DNA from: Octopus bimaculoides
Lineage: Eukaryota
DNA length: 64,000 bases
NCBI RefSeq assembly: GCF_001194135.2
Contig: NC_068984.1
Span: forward strand, 11,676,266 to 11,740,265
Direction: 5' to 3'
Shown: positions 61,323 through 64,000 of the stretch, one piece after another
Layout of the letters: every line of letters starts with the position of its first letter
How positions within the stretch are numbered: the first letter of the stretch is position 1
Program-made: the position numbers and the translations under genes
Notes under the pieces: model-generated
Told to the model about the DNA's origin: nothing
The model's input: the letters and a program-made list of their open reading frames with translations, nothing else
Database searches by the model: none

Positions 61323-64000
61323 CTGAAATACAACAACAAAAGACAGAGATTAAACAGTAACTTACATGGGGAAATGTTAATTGGTTGAGGTAATTAACAC
61401 CTTTTATTTGCTTCCTCGTCATCATTATTTTCAGTCTCTTTTCCATCCTGGATTGAAAGGATCTGAGTTATTTTTTACTGGGAGCTATTGCTCCAGAAGA
61501 CTGGTGTTCGTAAATGTCATTTGGCATGGTTTCTATAGAAGGATGCCCTTCCTATGGTCAACCACTTTAAAGAGTGTACTAGGGGCATTTTCTTGTGACA
61601 TCGACACTAGAGCACTCAGTAATGTAAAGAAGGAGAACTAGTATTAGTTTGTTTGTCATTGTTGATGATGACCAAGAATATCACATGGGAGAAAAGGGTG
61701 GCGTATAGTGTGTCTAGCTGTGGCCAATCAGTCTGATGCATGCTCAGAAGGTTCTATTGCTGGTTGGGCAATGGTGGTCTGTTGAGAATAAAGGTGTAGA
61801 GTTGGCTCTAAATTTGCACAGTTCACATTTTCGTTCTGCCCTTGCAATCCCATTCTGTTCACAGGAGGTGGCATCTTCACCAGACAGGGCAGCCTTGTGC
61901 CTGTATTTCACAGGTGGAGGTGGGGGTTAATCTGAAAGTTCTTCAGCTCTTCAAGCTTTGAGAGTTTTAAGGAGGTGGGGTAGGAGAGGGAGCAATGACA
62001 GCAGAAAGACCAGACGTGAGTGCTTAAGAGAGGGTAACAAGAGTGTATGTGTAGAGAAAATTCAATAGTTTAAGACATATACATTAGCTCAGGTGAGGGG
62101 GATAAGTTTTGCAGAAAAAGAAATTCTCCATTTTTTACTTTTGCAAGCTTCAGTTGGAATTAGGAAAATTCTTGAGAGAAATGAATAAGTCTTTTGTCAA
62201 TGTAATTAACTTATGAGTAAAGATTTCTGCCTTTGGCTTAATTCCATATGTTTTGGGTGAAAAGAAACAGTGATTTAATTAATCTAAGTACTTTTTACTG
62301 ACACTAGAGAGATTTAAAGGCAAATTCAACTCCACAGGGATTTGAACTCACTATATGAAAGTATGTAGCACAATGCATTTAGCCAAGTATTCAACCAATT
62401 CTGGCATTCCACTACCCTCATTACAGACAAGTGACTTTAGGGGACGGGGTTAGTTGATGCAACTGACCCCAGCGTTTGACTGTTACTTCATTTTCTTATT
62501 TGAACCTGAAAGGATGGAAGGCCAGGTTGACCTTGACAGAATTTGAACTCAGAATGTAAAGATTAAATGCTTTGCAGCATTTGTTCAGACATGTTAATAA
62601 TTCCGTCCATCTGCCACTCTCCTCCTACTACTACAAGTAGTAGTAGTAGTAGTAGTAGTAGTAACAGTAGTAGTAGTTTCTAGTATGAGCACAAGTTTTG
62701 AGAGGAGAGAGTTAGTCAATACCACTGACCCCCAGTTCTAACTGGTACTTGATCTGACCAATCTCATCAGGATTGACCTCAACAGAATTTGAAATCAGAA
62801 TGTAAAGAGTTGAAAGAAACACCGTAAAGCACTTTCTCTGATGCTTTGAGGATTCTGCCAGCTCAATTTTGCCTTTATTAGCCACAAGGGCTCAAAAAAG
62901 ATACAATTAAATGCAAACATTAAACAGGGAGCTTAGAAAGATATGTGAGGGTAGAACACGTTTTAAAAAGATGAGGGGAGGCGAGAAAGATATTGTGTGT
63001 TATATAATGGGAATAGTTAAAAATTTGGAAGGAAAACACATGATTACACAAAATAAATATTCAAAAAGTATAATAAAACACACAATAATTAAAAGATTAA
63101 GTGGTTAAGTATTTTGCTTCCCAACCACATGGTTTCAGGTTCAGTCCCACTGAGTGGCACCTTGAGCAAATCATCATCCTCATCATCATTTAATGTCCAT
63201 TGTCCATGCTGGCATGGGTTGGATGGTTTGACCACGCTGGCATGCTAGAAGGCTGCACCAGACTCCAATCTGGCATAGTTTTCTATGGTTGGATGCCCTT
63301 CCTAATGCCAACCACTCCGAGAGTGTAACGGATGCTTTTACTTGCCACCAGCACAAGTGCCATTTGCATGACATTGGGATGCTTTTATGTGCCACCGGCA
63401 CGGGTGCCAATTTGCATGACACCGGTATCTGCCACCACTGCAATTTTGCTCAGGTAGATGGATCTTCTCAAGCACGACATAATGCCAAAGGTCTTGGTCA
63501 TTGCCTCCATGAGGCCCAACACTCAAAAGGAACTCAGCCACTTTGCCTCCGTGAGGCACAACATACATATGTATTCTACTAAAGCCATGGAACGACCAAT
63601 GCCTTATGAGTGGATTTGGTAGATAGCAACTGAAGAGAACCATTGTGTATGTGTGCGTGAGCATGAGTGTGTGTGTGTGTGTGTGTGTGATGATATGTGT
63701 GTGTATGTGTAAGAGTAAGGGTGTGTATATATATATTTGTATCTCTTTGTTGTGACATCACATGATAGTTGTTCATGATTGTTACTGTCAGTGAATCATA
63801 CAACTATCACATGATGTGAAGAGAAAGACATAAATACACATTCAAAACACACACACACAATGGGCTTCTTTCAGTTTCTGTCCACCAAATCTATTCGCAA
63901 AGCCACAGGGCTTTGATTTGGTCAGCCTGGGGCTATAAGAGACTACATTTGCCCAAGGTGTCATGCAGTGGGACTGAATCTGAAGCCTTTGTGGTTGGGA

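Overview
Eukaryotic, AT-rich, repeat-dense genomic DNA with N-gaps. The SINE repertoire points to an octopod cephalopod (probably Octopus; this is inference). There are two convergent spliced genes. FBXO7 (+ strand, 11 coding exons, 30613-45246, about 445 aa) has Ubl, FP/PI31, F-box and a short proline-rich tail; the acceptor of exon 10 is hidden in a gap and the last exon is less certain. UBA3, the NEDD8-activating E1 catalytic subunit (- strand), contributes its last 9 coding exons (61322 down to 46811, 288 aa plus stop, including the catalytic Cys); its 5' exons lie beyond the window. The ORF track misses almost all of these exons because they are short. Bases 1-14 kb are a nested transposon graveyard: a Tx1 endonuclease fragment, two solo LTRs each with its own 4-bp TSD, an R4-type RLE LINE, a fragmented LINE, a DD37E Tc1 remnant and several MITEs. 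From about 14 kb on, SINEs and small MITEs dominate. I found no prokaryote-style system, CRISPR array or rRNA/tRNA gene, and I cannot claim a proven new system. The best leads are: (1) a 587-bp MITE with 8-bp TSD carrying a central outward-facing telomeric palindrome; (2) the FBXO7/UBA3 tail-to-tail pair with a palindromic poly(A) signal; (3) two possible routes to an F-box-less FBXO7; (4) a copy of the UBA3 terminal exon inside its own intron; (5) minisatellites born from SINEs; (6) a perfect 20-bp hairpin in a UBA3 intron. Human comparisons are from memory and need alignment.
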